Shown here: positions 1 to 8,933 of the stretch, one piece after another
How positions within the stretch are numbered: position 1 is the stretch's first letter
Layout: the number at the start of each line of letters is the position of its first letter
NCBI GenBank assembly: GCA_965216785.1
Contig: OZ244197.1
Span: 896,001 to 960,000, forward strand
DNA length: 64,000 nt
Origin: Thermodesulfobacteriota bacterium
Lineage (GTDB): Bacteria; Desulfobacterota_D; UBA1144; Nemesobacterales; UBA2774
Reading direction: 5' to 3'
Made by a program: the position numbers and the translations under genes
Notes under the pieces: model-generated
Seen by the model: only the letters and a program-made list of their open reading frames with translations
What the model was told of the DNA's origin: nothing
Databases searched by the model: none

Positions 1-2
1 AG

Positions 3-1391
3 CTCAGGAAGAGACCCTGGAGCATTGATCCGAAGGTGGAGCTAATTGAATTCGACGTTTTCGATACGGAGTCTTTAACAAATGCATGTAAAGGCTCTCA
101 GGCCGCATACTATCTCATACACTCGATGAACCCGGATGAAAAGGAGTTCGCGCGCGCCGACAGACAGGCCGCCGAGAACATGGTCCGCGCGGCTGAAGAT
201 GCAGGTCTAAAGCGGGTTATCTACCTAGGAGGTCTCGGTGAAAAGAACGAAACGCTAAGTAAACATCTCCTTTCAAGAATTGAAGTAGGTGAAATTCTCT
301 TATCGGGTGAAGTGCCCGCTACCGTGCTTCGCGCGGCAATGATAATCGGTGCGGGAAGCGCCTCTTTCGAGATCCTCAGATACCTTGTCGAGCGTTTGCC
401 CGTAATGGTTACGCCTAGATGGGTGAGGATTTTATCTCAGCCTATCGCAATAAGAGACGTACTGAATTACATGACAGCGTGTTTGGACCATCCGGAAACG
501 CAAGGTCAAACTTATGATATCGGCGGTCCGGAAGTCATAAGCTACCAAAGTCTTATGCAATTATACGCAGAGCTGGCGGGACTTCACAGAAGATGGATCA
601 TACCGGTCCCTGTGCTCACTCCACGGTTAAGCTCATATTGGATAAATTTGGTAACGCCGGTTAATGCTTCTATAGCAAGACCTCTGGCGGAAGGGCTTAG
701 CAGTGAGGTTGTTTGCAAAGACCAGCGCATAAGAAAAGTTGTTCAGCAAGAGTTGTTAGATTACCGCTCAGCCATTCGTATGGCGCTAGATCAGTCTCAG
801 CATAATTTATTACTAGATGTGGATGAAGAGGCCGATGAATCGGCCCCTGTGCCAGAATGGACATATCCGGGTGACGATGCGTGGGCCGGAGGAAAGGTGT
901 TTGAAGACCATAGGAGGGTCCTATTAGAGGCCGATCCGGAAGATATCTGGAAACACTTACAACTTATAGGGGGAGAGAACGGTTGGTACTACGCCGATTT
1001 GCTCTGGCAGCTTAGAGGGTTATTAGATAGGCTCATAGGGGGTGTAGGAATGAGACGGGGCAGGACTGATCCTGATAACTTAAACGAAGGGGACATTATA
1101 GATTTCTGGCGTATCAAGATAGCCGAGCCCGAGCGGAGGCTTTTACTGGTCGCGGAAATGAAGGTACCTGGCAGCGCCATACTCGACTTTTCAATCATAA
1201 AAAGAGAAGGATCATTATCCGAGCTTCATCAGATTGCCAGATTCATCCCCCGCGGTCTGAGCGGCATATTATATTGGTACGCTGTTTCACCGCTCCACGA
1301 GCTTGTGTTTAACGGCATGCTGAAGAGAATTGCGAAACTCGTTAATAAACCTGTGATATTAGGACCCGAATTCGTAAAACAAAAAAGCTGA
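3..1391 (+). CDS. SDR/NAD(P)-binding oxidoreductase with C-terminal DUF2867/SRPBCC-like domain (YbjT-like), 5'-truncated by the window
   Basis: YYLIHSM, YLGGLG, LRAAMIIGAGSASFE, IGGENGWYY and GGVGMRRGR are typical YbjT-family motifs; the frame is open to the window start. Confidence 0.85.
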   Translation, partial: LRKRPWSIDPKVELIEFDVFDTESLTNACKGSQAAYYLIHSMNPDEKEFARADRQAAENMVRAAEDAGLKRVIYLGGLGEKNETLSKHLLSRIEVGEILLSGEVPATVLRAAMIIGAGSASFEILRYLVERLPVMVTPRWVRILSQPIAIRDVLNYMTACLDHPETQGQTYDIGGPEVISYQSLMQLYAELAGLHRRWIIPVPVLTPRLSSYWINLVTPVNASIARPLAEGLSSEVVCKDQRIRKVVQQELLDYRSAIRMALDQSQHNLLLDVDEEADESAPVPEWTYPGDDAWAGGKVFEDHRRVLLEADPEDIWKHLQLIGGENGWYYADLLWQLRGLLDRLIGGVGMRRGRTDPDNLNEGDIIDFWRIKIAEPERRLLLVAEMKVPGSAILDFSIIKREGSLSELHQIARFIPRGLSGILYWYAVSPLHELVFNGMLKRIAKLVNKPVILGPEFVKQKS

Positions 1392-1410
1392 ATACTATAA
1401 CTTTGAGCAA

Positions 1411-2856
1411 TTAGAACTGATTCAACGATAACTCTTCTGTTATTTTTTCAAGCAGCCGGGGAGCGTTTGGAGTACCGAATCCCGTGGTCATATCCCAGCC
1501 CGGTAAGGTAGGGAAACCCTGAACAGGACCGGGACTAACGCTGCCGTCCTCGTTATACATAAATTTTTGGTTATCGACTAGCTCGCCGCTTATTACTTTT
1601 CCTTGCTCCATAGCCACTATGTCGTTAAACGCATCACTATTGCCTATTTGATACAATAGAGGATTAAAATGACCTACAGGGTCAAGCCCGAGCTCCAGTA
1701 AATGTTGGTTCACAAGCGCCGTTAATGCCGCCATCTGCGGCGTTGCAGCGCTGGTACCCCCTATGGGTCTCCAACCCGGCCTTTGATCATCTGGGAAGGC
1801 TGTAAGATAAACCAATACACCTCCGTTTACCGCTGCGTTCATAGCAACATCGGGGACGCCGCGCGCATCGACGCCGATAACATCTCCAACAGAATCCTGC
1901 CATGTCGGACGCTCGAATAATACGCTTTGCCCACCTCCCGTCGCAAACGGACCCCAAGATTCATTCCAAACGACTTCAATCAACCTAGCAGTCGATCTGA
2001 ATGAAAAGTATGCCGGATTAGGTTGGTTATCTTCTAAGAACGGCGTATCGCTCACCGGGAACCATCGCCAGCCCAACTGCAGCTGTGTACCGCCCACCGC
2101 TGTAACATAAGGGCTTGATGCCGGCCATTGAACAGTTGGTATCTCGAAGTCCTCGTTGGTTGAAAAATCAGTGCCGGTTGTGCCGCAATCACCGGCAGCC
2201 ACAAAAAAGGTATACCCCTTGGCGCTACCTCGCTTAAGCACAACATCAAGCTCGGCTACGAAATCTTCTCTTGCCATCAAATCTATTAAGATTTCGTCCT
2301 GCTCAACAATGCCCAAGCTTAACGAAAACACCGTACCCGGCGGAAAATCGAAGTCATCGACTAAGGTTGTCATGCCCTCCACAAGATTGCCTATATCTGC
2401 GTTAGGCAAGCTGGCCAATACGATTTTCGCAAGCGGCGCTACGGCATAGGACCATTGTATGTCCAGAGTCGATTCCGACGACCAGCTCACGGCGTCCGGA
2501 TCAGTTTCGTCAGGCATACCCAGCGGGAACACTTCTTCAAAGTCAGGGGGCGGTAAATGAGAAAAAAATGTTTCATAGAAAAACTGCAGGTCGTCCGCTG
2601 CCGTCGGGCTGCCATAAGCATCAATCAGTACGATTGTTTGCCCCTGCCCCAATAGGCCCCTATCAGCCAGTTCATCTATACCGTAAGCAAAACGGATTTG
2701 ATCCGGGGTGTAGCAGTGAGCAGAATCATTCGTATACACTTGGCCTGAGGCATCAGGCGGCGACACACATGGAACGCTAGGACCGTTATCATCGCTCGGA
2801 CATCCGGCTAGATTTAAGAAAGCACAAATTAAAACAGCCCATAGTTTGTAATTCAT
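1411..2856 (-). CDS. S53 family (sedolisin/kumamolisin-like) peptidase, lipoprotein
   Basis: ESTLD (Glu/Asp), AAGDCG oxyanion Asp, GGTSAATP Ser, GWDMTTGFGTPN Ca site; lipobox LAGC; start placed at M26 of the ORF track. Confidence 0.9.
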   Translation of the reverse strand: MNYKLWAVLICAFLNLAGCPSDDNGPSVPCVSPPDASGQVYTNDSAHCYTPDQIRFAYGIDELADRGLLGQGQTIVLIDAYGSPTAADDLQFFYETFFSHLPPPDFEEVFPLGMPDETDPDAVSWSSESTLDIQWSYAVAPLAKIVLASLPNADIGNLVEGMTTLVDDFDFPPGTVFSLSLGIVEQDEILIDLMAREDFVAELDVVLKRGSAKGYTFFVAAGDCGTTGTDFSTNEDFEIPTVQWPASSPYVTAVGGTQLQLGWRWFPVSDTPFLEDNQPNPAYFSFRSTARLIEVVWNESWGPFATGGGQSVLFERPTWQDSVGDVIGVDARGVPDVAMNAAVNGGVLVYLTAFPDDQRPGWRPIGGTSAATPQMAALTALVNQHLLELGLDPVGHFNPLLYQIGNSDAFNDIVAMEQGKVISGELVDNQKFMYNEDGSVSPGPVQGFPTLPGWDMTTGFGTPNAPRLLEKITEELSLNQF

Positions 2857-2951
2857 GTTAGTTGTTTTTGGCTTAATACTGAATTTTGCGGTCTCTTTCT
2901 TAATCATACAGCCGTAATACCACAGGCTCAATACGGCTTCTCCGAGCTGGG

Positions 2952-3308
2952 TTAAAGAAACTTCTCTATCTCCTCCGCGGGCCGGGCGAGGATTACTTTG
3001 TCCCCTTTGACCGCTATAGGGCGCTGGATTAAATCCGGATGCTTTACCATTAATTCTATTATCTCGGAGTCTTTAAGCTCTTTTTTGGATAATCCAAGCT
3101 CTTTATATACCTTTTCGTTCTTTCTTAGAAGCTCTCTTGGAGGAAAACCCAGTTTTTTGACAAGCCCTGTAAGCTTTCTTTTGGTAAATGGTGTTTCATA
3201 GTAATTTACCTGCTCAAATTCCGCCTCGTTCTCCCTCAGAATCTTAAGCGCCTTTCTCACCGTGCTGCATGTAGGTTTTACGTATATCGTTATCTTGTCT
3301 CTACTCAT
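2952..3308 (-). CDS. ArsC/Spx family arsenate reductase-like protein
   Basis: KPTCSTVRKA and HPDLIQRPI motifs. Confidence 0.85.
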   Translation of the reverse strand: MSRDKITIYVKPTCSTVRKALKILRENEAEFEQVNYYETPFTKRKLTGLVKKLGFPPRELLRKNEKVYKELGLSKKELKDSEIIELMVKHPDLIQRPIAVKGDKVILARPAEEIEKFL

Positions 3309-3378
3309 GAAAGCGGATTATACCTTAGCACTGGCGAGTTTAAAAATGTTTCGGGCTAAGCTCCAACCAAAATTGTAA

Positions 3379-3407
3379 TTGACAAATTTTTATGAATATC
3401 ATAAACT
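3379..3407 (+). promoter_or_regulatory. sigma70-type promoter upstream of thiL
   Basis: TTGACA (3379-3384), 17 bp spacer, TAAACT (3402-3407); dyad TTTATGA-ata-TCATAAA in the spacer. Confidence 0.55.
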
Positions 3408-3574
3408 TAAGGCAGAATATAAGGAATTGGTGATAAAATATTCTGCCTTATGAAAGAACCTGACCCTCATTTGTGTAGTTACAATTTAATTTTTCTTAAC
3501 ATTCCAACCCTTAGCAATCCTATATACATTTCAGGAAATTCGAGCGGAAAAAGTGTGTCCGGGATTTAATTGAT

Positions 3575-4546
3575 ATGATTGATGAGCTGAGCGCTCTTCG
3601 AAGAATAGAAGAGCATTTTAATACTGCATCAGATAGCGTAAAGGTCGGCATCGGTGATGACGCGGCAGTGGTGGACGTCACCCCCGGCATGCTACTGGTA
3701 GCTACTACCGACTCACAGGTGGAGGACGTGCATTTTGTTAAGTCTCTCATATCTCCTTCGATCCTTGCCAGAAAATCTGTCGCTGTCTCGGTGAGCGATA
3801 TAGGAGCAATGGGCGGTGTACCCAGATACATACTCGCCTCGGCAGGGTTCTCGGCAGGAGAAGATGAGCACTATCTCGCCCAGATAATCAGCGGATTCAG
3901 AAAGTCCGAAAAAGAATTCGGTGTGAAGGTCATTGGAGGGAATCTGAGCGCATCCGATAAAGTCTTTTTGGATATTACCGCGCTTGGAGAGATCGAGCCT
4001 GATAAGGTGGTAAAAAGAACCGGCGCCCGCGAAGGCGACCTTATTTACGTAAGCGGTACACTGGGGGATTCCGCGTTAGGCCTCAAACTACTTAGGCAGG
4101 GAGCAGCGAGTGAAAGTTTAGTTGAAAGACATTTATCACCCCAGCCAAGGCTCGAATTAGGCAGGCAGCTTGCCGTAAGCGGAGCGGTTACTTCAATGAT
4201 AGACGTAAGTGACGGACTTTTATTGGATCTGGGGAGGATTACGGTCGATAAGGGGTTAGGGGCGCGGATAGATGCCGATAAGCTCCCTTTGTCCGAAGAG
4301 TATAAGAGCTTGGCTAGTGAATATACAGAGGAGTTCTTCGAGCTTGCTCTTTGCGGCGGTGAGGACTACGAGCTTCTATTTACAGTACCTGCGGAAAATA
4401 TAGATATGGTCTCGGAAATCGCGTCATCAGTCGAAACCGATGTAGCAGAGATCGGTATCGTTACCCCGGAGCAGGCAATACATATCTTAGATTCAAACGG
4501 GGAAGAGATTAAGCTTAAACAGAGGGGATTCGTTCACTTTAATTAA
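3575..4546 (+). CDS. thiL: thiamine-monophosphate kinase
   Basis: GIGDDAA, SDIGAMGG, MIDVSDGL and GGEDYELLF motifs. Confidence 0.95.
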   Translation: MIDELSALRRIEEHFNTASDSVKVGIGDDAAVVDVTPGMLLVATTDSQVEDVHFVKSLISPSILARKSVAVSVSDIGAMGGVPRYILASAGFSAGEDEHYLAQIISGFRKSEKEFGVKVIGGNLSASDKVFLDITALGEIEPDKVVKRTGAREGDLIYVSGTLGDSALGLKLLRQGAASESLVERHLSPQPRLELGRQLAVSGAVTSMIDVSDGLLLDLGRITVDKGLGARIDADKLPLSEEYKSLASEYTEEFFELALCGGEDYELLFTVPAENIDMVSEIASSVETDVAEIGIVTPEQAIHILDSNGEEIKLKQRGFVHFN

Positions 4547-4579
4547 TAAGAAGCTAAACGTAATTGCGCGGACGAAAAA

Positions 4580-5923
4580 ATGGACGAAATTTCTTATAGC
4601 TACAATTTATTTTTAATACTGCTTCTACTATTTCTCTCGGGATTTTTCTGTCTGTCCGAGGGCTCTCTCTTTTCTCTCGGCAGACACCAGCTCGAAAGTC
4701 TCAGGAAGGAAGGCAAGAAGAGTTATAAGATTATAGAGAAGCTTTTGAAAGAGCCCTATAAGCTTATTATCACAATTCTATTCGCGGACGAAGTCGTAAA
4801 CGTCGCCTACTCCAGCATCATCGGTATCACCGTAGCGGGTCTCCTGGACGGTTACTCGGAAAGGAGCGTCATGTTAATCTCCGTTGCTGTAGCGTCTCCG
4901 AGTCTACTTCTTCTAGGTGAAATAGGCCCCAAAACACTCGGGGTAAAATATCCGAGAGTTATCGCAACTCTAATATCCTACCCGCTTCATTATTTTCATA
5001 TCCTGGTTACACCGATCAGATGGGTACTTGTGGTACTGTCTATCGGCTTTACGCGAATCCTGGGCGGAAAGATCGAGTATGAGCAGCGAAGGGAATTCAC
5101 ACCCGAGGAAGTAAAGGTTCTGGTCGGTATGGGGGGTGAGGAAGGGGTCGTTACAGACATAGAGAAAAAGCTTGTCGGAAGCCTCTTTAAGCTCGAGGAG
5201 GTGCCTGCCTACAGGATCATGTCCCCCGGAGTGGAATGCTTCCTGCTCCCCCAGACACTCTCACGGAAAGAGGCTCTTTATGAGATTAAAAAAAGAGGGT
5301 TTTCGAGAACCCCTGTGTATAAAGATAACAAAGACAACATCACAGGCGTGCTGTACGCGAAAGATCTTCTATCCTTTGACTTATCCGAATCTAAAAGCAT
5401 TAAAGGGGTGCTAAGGGCGCCCTATTTTATCCCCAGGACAAAGATGGCATTTGATCTGTTGAAGGAGTTTCAGGTAAACCGTAACCACATAGCGATTGTA
5501 GTGGATGAGTACGGGCGATTCGACGGAATAGTAACCATGGAGGATATACTCGAGGAGCTCTTCGGCGAGATCGAGGACGAAAGGAGAGTTGTTTTAAAGC
5601 CCCAGGTAAGATGGGAGGGGGAGACCCTCATAATCCCGGGGAACATGAAGATAGACGAGTTTAACAACACGTTTCTCTTCACTGTGCTCAGGTTCGGGGG
5701 GCTTGATAAATTAGGTCAGGATTTACTTGAGTCCGTGCTCCCCTCTGAAGAAGACCACGAAACAGTGGCTGGGTTTATATTCGATATGTTCGGTAAATTC
5801 CCGGAGCAGGGAGAGAATGTAAGGCACGGGAGCTTGGTCTTTGTGGTAAACGAGGTGTCCGGGAAGAGAATAACCGAGATTAAAATTAACCGGGTAGACA
5901 GAGAGGTGGCCGATGTCGCTTGA
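4580..5923 (+). CDS. CNNM/DUF21-CBS-CorC hemolysin-family transporter
   Basis: SGFFCLSE, GEIGPK, FSRTPVY and VVDEYG..GIVTMEDILEELFGEIEDE. Confidence 0.9.
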   Translation: MDEISYSYNLFLILLLLFLSGFFCLSEGSLFSLGRHQLESLRKEGKKSYKIIEKLLKEPYKLIITILFADEVVNVAYSSIIGITVAGLLDGYSERSVMLISVAVASPSLLLLGEIGPKTLGVKYPRVIATLISYPLHYFHILVTPIRWVLVVLSIGFTRILGGKIEYEQRREFTPEEVKVLVGMGGEEGVVTDIEKKLVGSLFKLEEVPAYRIMSPGVECFLLPQTLSRKEALYEIKKRGFSRTPVYKDNKDNITGVLYAKDLLSFDLSESKSIKGVLRAPYFIPRTKMAFDLLKEFQVNRNHIAIVVDEYGRFDGIVTMEDILEELFGEIEDERRVVLKPQVRWEGETLIIPGNMKIDEFNNTFLFTVLRFGGLDKLGQDLLESVLPSEEDHETVAGFIFDMFGKFPEQGENVRHGSLVFVVNEVSGKRITEIKINRVDREVADVA

Positions 5924-7145
5924 GATTGTTATAGCCGTCATAGTGTTAACACTCATACTGCAGGGATTTTTCGCGGGCTCTGAGATCGCTCTCATCTCCT
6001 GCGACAAGGTAAAAATGAAAGCGCTTGCAGACGGTGGTTCAAGGAGCGCTAAGCTTGTTATGACCTCATTTTCCCAGATAGAGCGTTTTTTGAGCACTAC
6101 GCTTGTCGGAATTAACCTTTCATTGATTACAAGCACTATAGTGCTGACTTTCTATATTCAGGAAAAATACGGTGCTGGTGGAGAATTGTATACAGTATTA
6201 ATTCTCTCGCCGCTCATAATAATTTTCGGCCAGGTAGTACCCAAAGCCGTATTCCAGAAAAAAAGAAACACGATTGTACTCTGGGCTATATACCCCCTTT
6301 GGGTAGCAACAAAGATATTCTATCCCATATTGATATTCGTAAACATTTTTACAAAGAACCTCCTTAACCTTATCGGTAGCACCGAAAATACTTACATTAC
6401 AAGGGAAGAGCTCATAAACGTAATAGAGGGAGATTCTAAGACCCCGACTGTCGATTATAAGGAAAGGATTATAAAAAGGATCTTCCGCTTTTCAGAGACG
6501 ACAGTGGAAGAAATAATGATACCGCTCGTACACGTAAGCGCGCTTGGCGAAGATACCAAGGTTGGAGACGCGGTGAAGCTCATTAAGGAGACAGGGCACT
6601 CTAGAATACCTATATTCAGAGAGCGCGTGGACGATATAACCGGGATGTTGCACTCGTTTTACCTCCTGGGAGCCGATCCGAACGAAGCTATAAAGAACTA
6701 TAGCAAGCCTCCTTTCTATGTTCCCGAGTCAAAACCGGTGGACGAGCTTCTCGACGAGATGAAGGAGGGTAAGGCGGGTATGGCTGTGGTCGTAGACGAG
6801 TACGGCGGCGCGGTAGGCGTTATAACGCTCGAGGATATACTCGAAGAGGTTGTCGGCGAGATTGAGGACGAATACGATAAGGGCATTAAGCTCTGGAGAA
6901 AAACCGGGGAAGGGCAGTACCTTATCAACCCGAAGATAGAGATCGAGATGTTAAACGATGATCTCGGGCTCGGTATTCCGGATAGCGACGACTATGAGAC
7001 TCTTAGCGGTTTCCTTTTGTCCGAAGTAGGCGCTATTCCCAAAACCGGGGATAAAATCAAACACCAGAACTATGTCTTTACGATCACAAAGGGCTCTACC
7101 AGGTCGATTGAAGAGGTTAAGCTGTCAATAAAGAAGGCAAAATAG
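5913..7145 (+). CDS. CNNM/DUF21-CBS-CorC hemolysin-family transporter (paralog)
   Basis: GFFAGSEIAL, GHSRIPI and VVDEYGG..LEDILEEVVGEIEDEYD. Confidence 0.9.
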   Translation: MSLEIVIAVIVLTLILQGFFAGSEIALISCDKVKMKALADGGSRSAKLVMTSFSQIERFLSTTLVGINLSLITSTIVLTFYIQEKYGAGGELYTVLILSPLIIIFGQVVPKAVFQKKRNTIVLWAIYPLWVATKIFYPILIFVNIFTKNLLNLIGSTENTYITREELINVIEGDSKTPTVDYKERIIKRIFRFSETTVEEIMIPLVHVSALGEDTKVGDAVKLIKETGHSRIPIFRERVDDITGMLHSFYLLGADPNEAIKNYSKPPFYVPESKPVDELLDEMKEGKAGMAVVVDEYGGAVGVITLEDILEEVVGEIEDEYDKGIKLWRKTGEGQYLINPKIEIEMLNDDLGLGIPDSDDYETLSGFLLSEVGAIPKTGDKIKHQNYVFTITKGSTRSIEEVKLSIKKAK

Positions 7146-7163
7146 GCACGCATGTGCCAGGGG

Positions 7164-7589
7164 TCATTTGAGGCTGAGCATAACTTCATTTTCTTTGTCC
7201 CTCATTTCTTCTCTTTCCTTTTTCTTTTTATGATCATATCCGAGTAGATGGAGTATCCCGTGAACGATCAGTTTTTTAATCTCCTCCTCACGCTCCACGC
7301 CGTAGCGCCTGCTGTTGCGCTCGGCTGTATCGAGCGAGATAACCACGTCTCCTAGTAGCGTTGTGCCGGGACCTTCTCCCTGAGGGAACGAAAGTACGTC
7401 TGTTGTACGGTCTATATTTCTGTAGGTACGGTTAAGCTCTCTCATCTTTTCATCCTTAATAAACGATAAAGAAAGCTCGGAGTCTTTAGGAGAGTCCATG
7501 TGCTTTAACACCGAGGCTGAAATTTTTTTAATTTCCCTCTTATAGACTGCTCCAAGCTCCCCTGTTTCATCCAATATCTCTATAATCAT
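7164..7589 (-). CDS. ybeY: rRNA maturation endoribonuclease YbeY
   Basis: TTDVLSFP and HGILHLLGYDH. Confidence 0.95.
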   Translation of the reverse strand: MIIEILDETGELGAVYKREIKKISASVLKHMDSPKDSELSLSFIKDEKMRELNRTYRNIDRTTDVLSFPQGEGPGTTLLGDVVISLDTAERNSRRYGVEREEEIKKLIVHGILHLLGYDHKKKKEREEMRDKENEVMLSLK

Positions 7590-7697
7590 TTTATATATAT
7601 TACTTGTGCCGCGGCTTGCGGGAAATATCTCCTGTTTATCTCAGCGATATGAAAATTTTGGACAGTTCATAAAATTCAGATAAGATTCTAACCATCT

Positions 7698-8288
7698 ATG
7701 AGTAAGAGAAAAGCTAAAGTAGAGAGAAAAACCTCAGAAGTCGATGTCACGGTCGATATAAACCTTGACGGTAAGGGGAAGTACGAGATCAATACGGGCA
7801 TACCGTTTTTTGATCACATGCTTTCGCAGTTCGCAAAACACGGTTATTTCGATCTTAAGATTAAAGCCGTAGGAGACATCGATGTGGACTTCCACCATAC
7901 GGTCGAAGACGTAGGACTTGCGCTAGGCGAGGCCATTCTAAAAGCGCTAGGCGATAAAAAGGGAATCACCCGCTTCGGTGAGGCCACAGTACCTTTTGAC
8001 GAGACTCTCGCGACAACAAATGTTGACCTGAGCGGCAGGCCTTACCTTGTGTTCAAAGCACAAATCCCAAAGAGTAAAGTAGGGGATTTTGATCTTGAGC
8101 TAGCGGAGGAGTTTTTTAAGTCCTTCTCTAACACTCTAATGTGCAATCTCCACATTGAGCTCAAATACGGCGACAACCTTCACCACATGGTAGAGGCCGT
8201 ATTCAAATCCGTTGGGCGCGCGCTCGATAACGCGACCAAGCTCGACCCCCGCTCAAACGAAGTTCCCTCCACAAAGGGCAAGCTCTAA
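7698..8288 (+). CDS. hisB: imidazoleglycerol-phosphate dehydratase
   Basis: FFDHML, DFHHTVED, NLHHMVEA and PSTKGKL. Confidence 0.97.
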   Translation: MSKRKAKVERKTSEVDVTVDINLDGKGKYEINTGIPFFDHMLSQFAKHGYFDLKIKAVGDIDVDFHHTVEDVGLALGEAILKALGDKKGITRFGEATVPFDETLATTNVDLSGRPYLVFKAQIPKSKVGDFDLELAEEFFKSFSNTLMCNLHIELKYGDNLHHMVEAVFKSVGRALDNATKLDPRSNEVPSTKGKL

Positions 8289-8291
8289 GCC

Positions 8292-8933
8292 ATGATTGCA
8301 ATAGTTGATTACGGAATGGGTAACCTTAGGAGTGTTAGTAAAGCCTTTGATCTTCAGGGGTTCCCCGTAGTGGTTACAAGAGACGAGGACGTGATAACCA
8401 GCGCGAGCGGGCTTGTTCTGCCCGGAGTAGGTGCGTTCGGAGATTGCGTACGTAATCTGGATGAATACGGGTTAACTGCGCCTATTAAAGAATTTATTGA
8501 TTCGGGAAGACCTTTTCTAGGCATATGCCTCGGTCTGCAAGTTCTCTTTGAAGGGAGTGAAGAATCCCCGGGTGCAAAGGGGTTCGGAGTTTTTAAGGGC
8601 AAGGTCGTCAAGTTCCCTAAGTTTGAGGTTGAGGGACTGAAGGTGCCGCACATGGGTTGGAATGAAATTCTAATTCAAAAAGAGGCGCCTGTTCTTGAGG
8701 GTATACCAGAGAAGAGCTGGTTTTATTTTGTTCATTCCTACTATCCTGCGCCAGAGGACAAAAGGATCATTGCCGTTAAAGCGGATTACGGTATCGAGTT
8801 CACAGCCGCGGTCAGTAAAGAAAATATTTTCGCCTCGCAGTTCCACCCTGAAAAAAGCAGCGATTACGGCCTTAAGATGCTGAGAAATTTTGCCGCCCTA
8901 TGCGGTGAAGAAGCACAAGCAGCCTCTGCCTAA
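8292..8933 (+). CDS. hisH: imidazole glycerol phosphate synthase, glutaminase subunit
   Basis: DYGMGNLRSV, GICLGLQ, PHMGWN and QFHPEKS. Confidence 0.97.
   Translation: MIAIVDYGMGNLRSVSKAFDLQGFPVVVTRDEDVITSASGLVLPGVGAFGDCVRNLDEYGLTAPIKEFIDSGRPFLGICLGLQVLFEGSEESPGAKGFGVFKGKVVKFPKFEVEGLKVPHMGWNEILIQKEAPVLEGIPEKSWFYFVHSYYPAPEDKRIIAVKADYGIEFTAAVSKENIFASQFHPEKSSDYGLKMLRNFAALCGEEAQAASA

Noticed and set aside
4580-7145. Tandem CNNM/CBS paralogs
   Set aside because: A common arrangement in many bacteria
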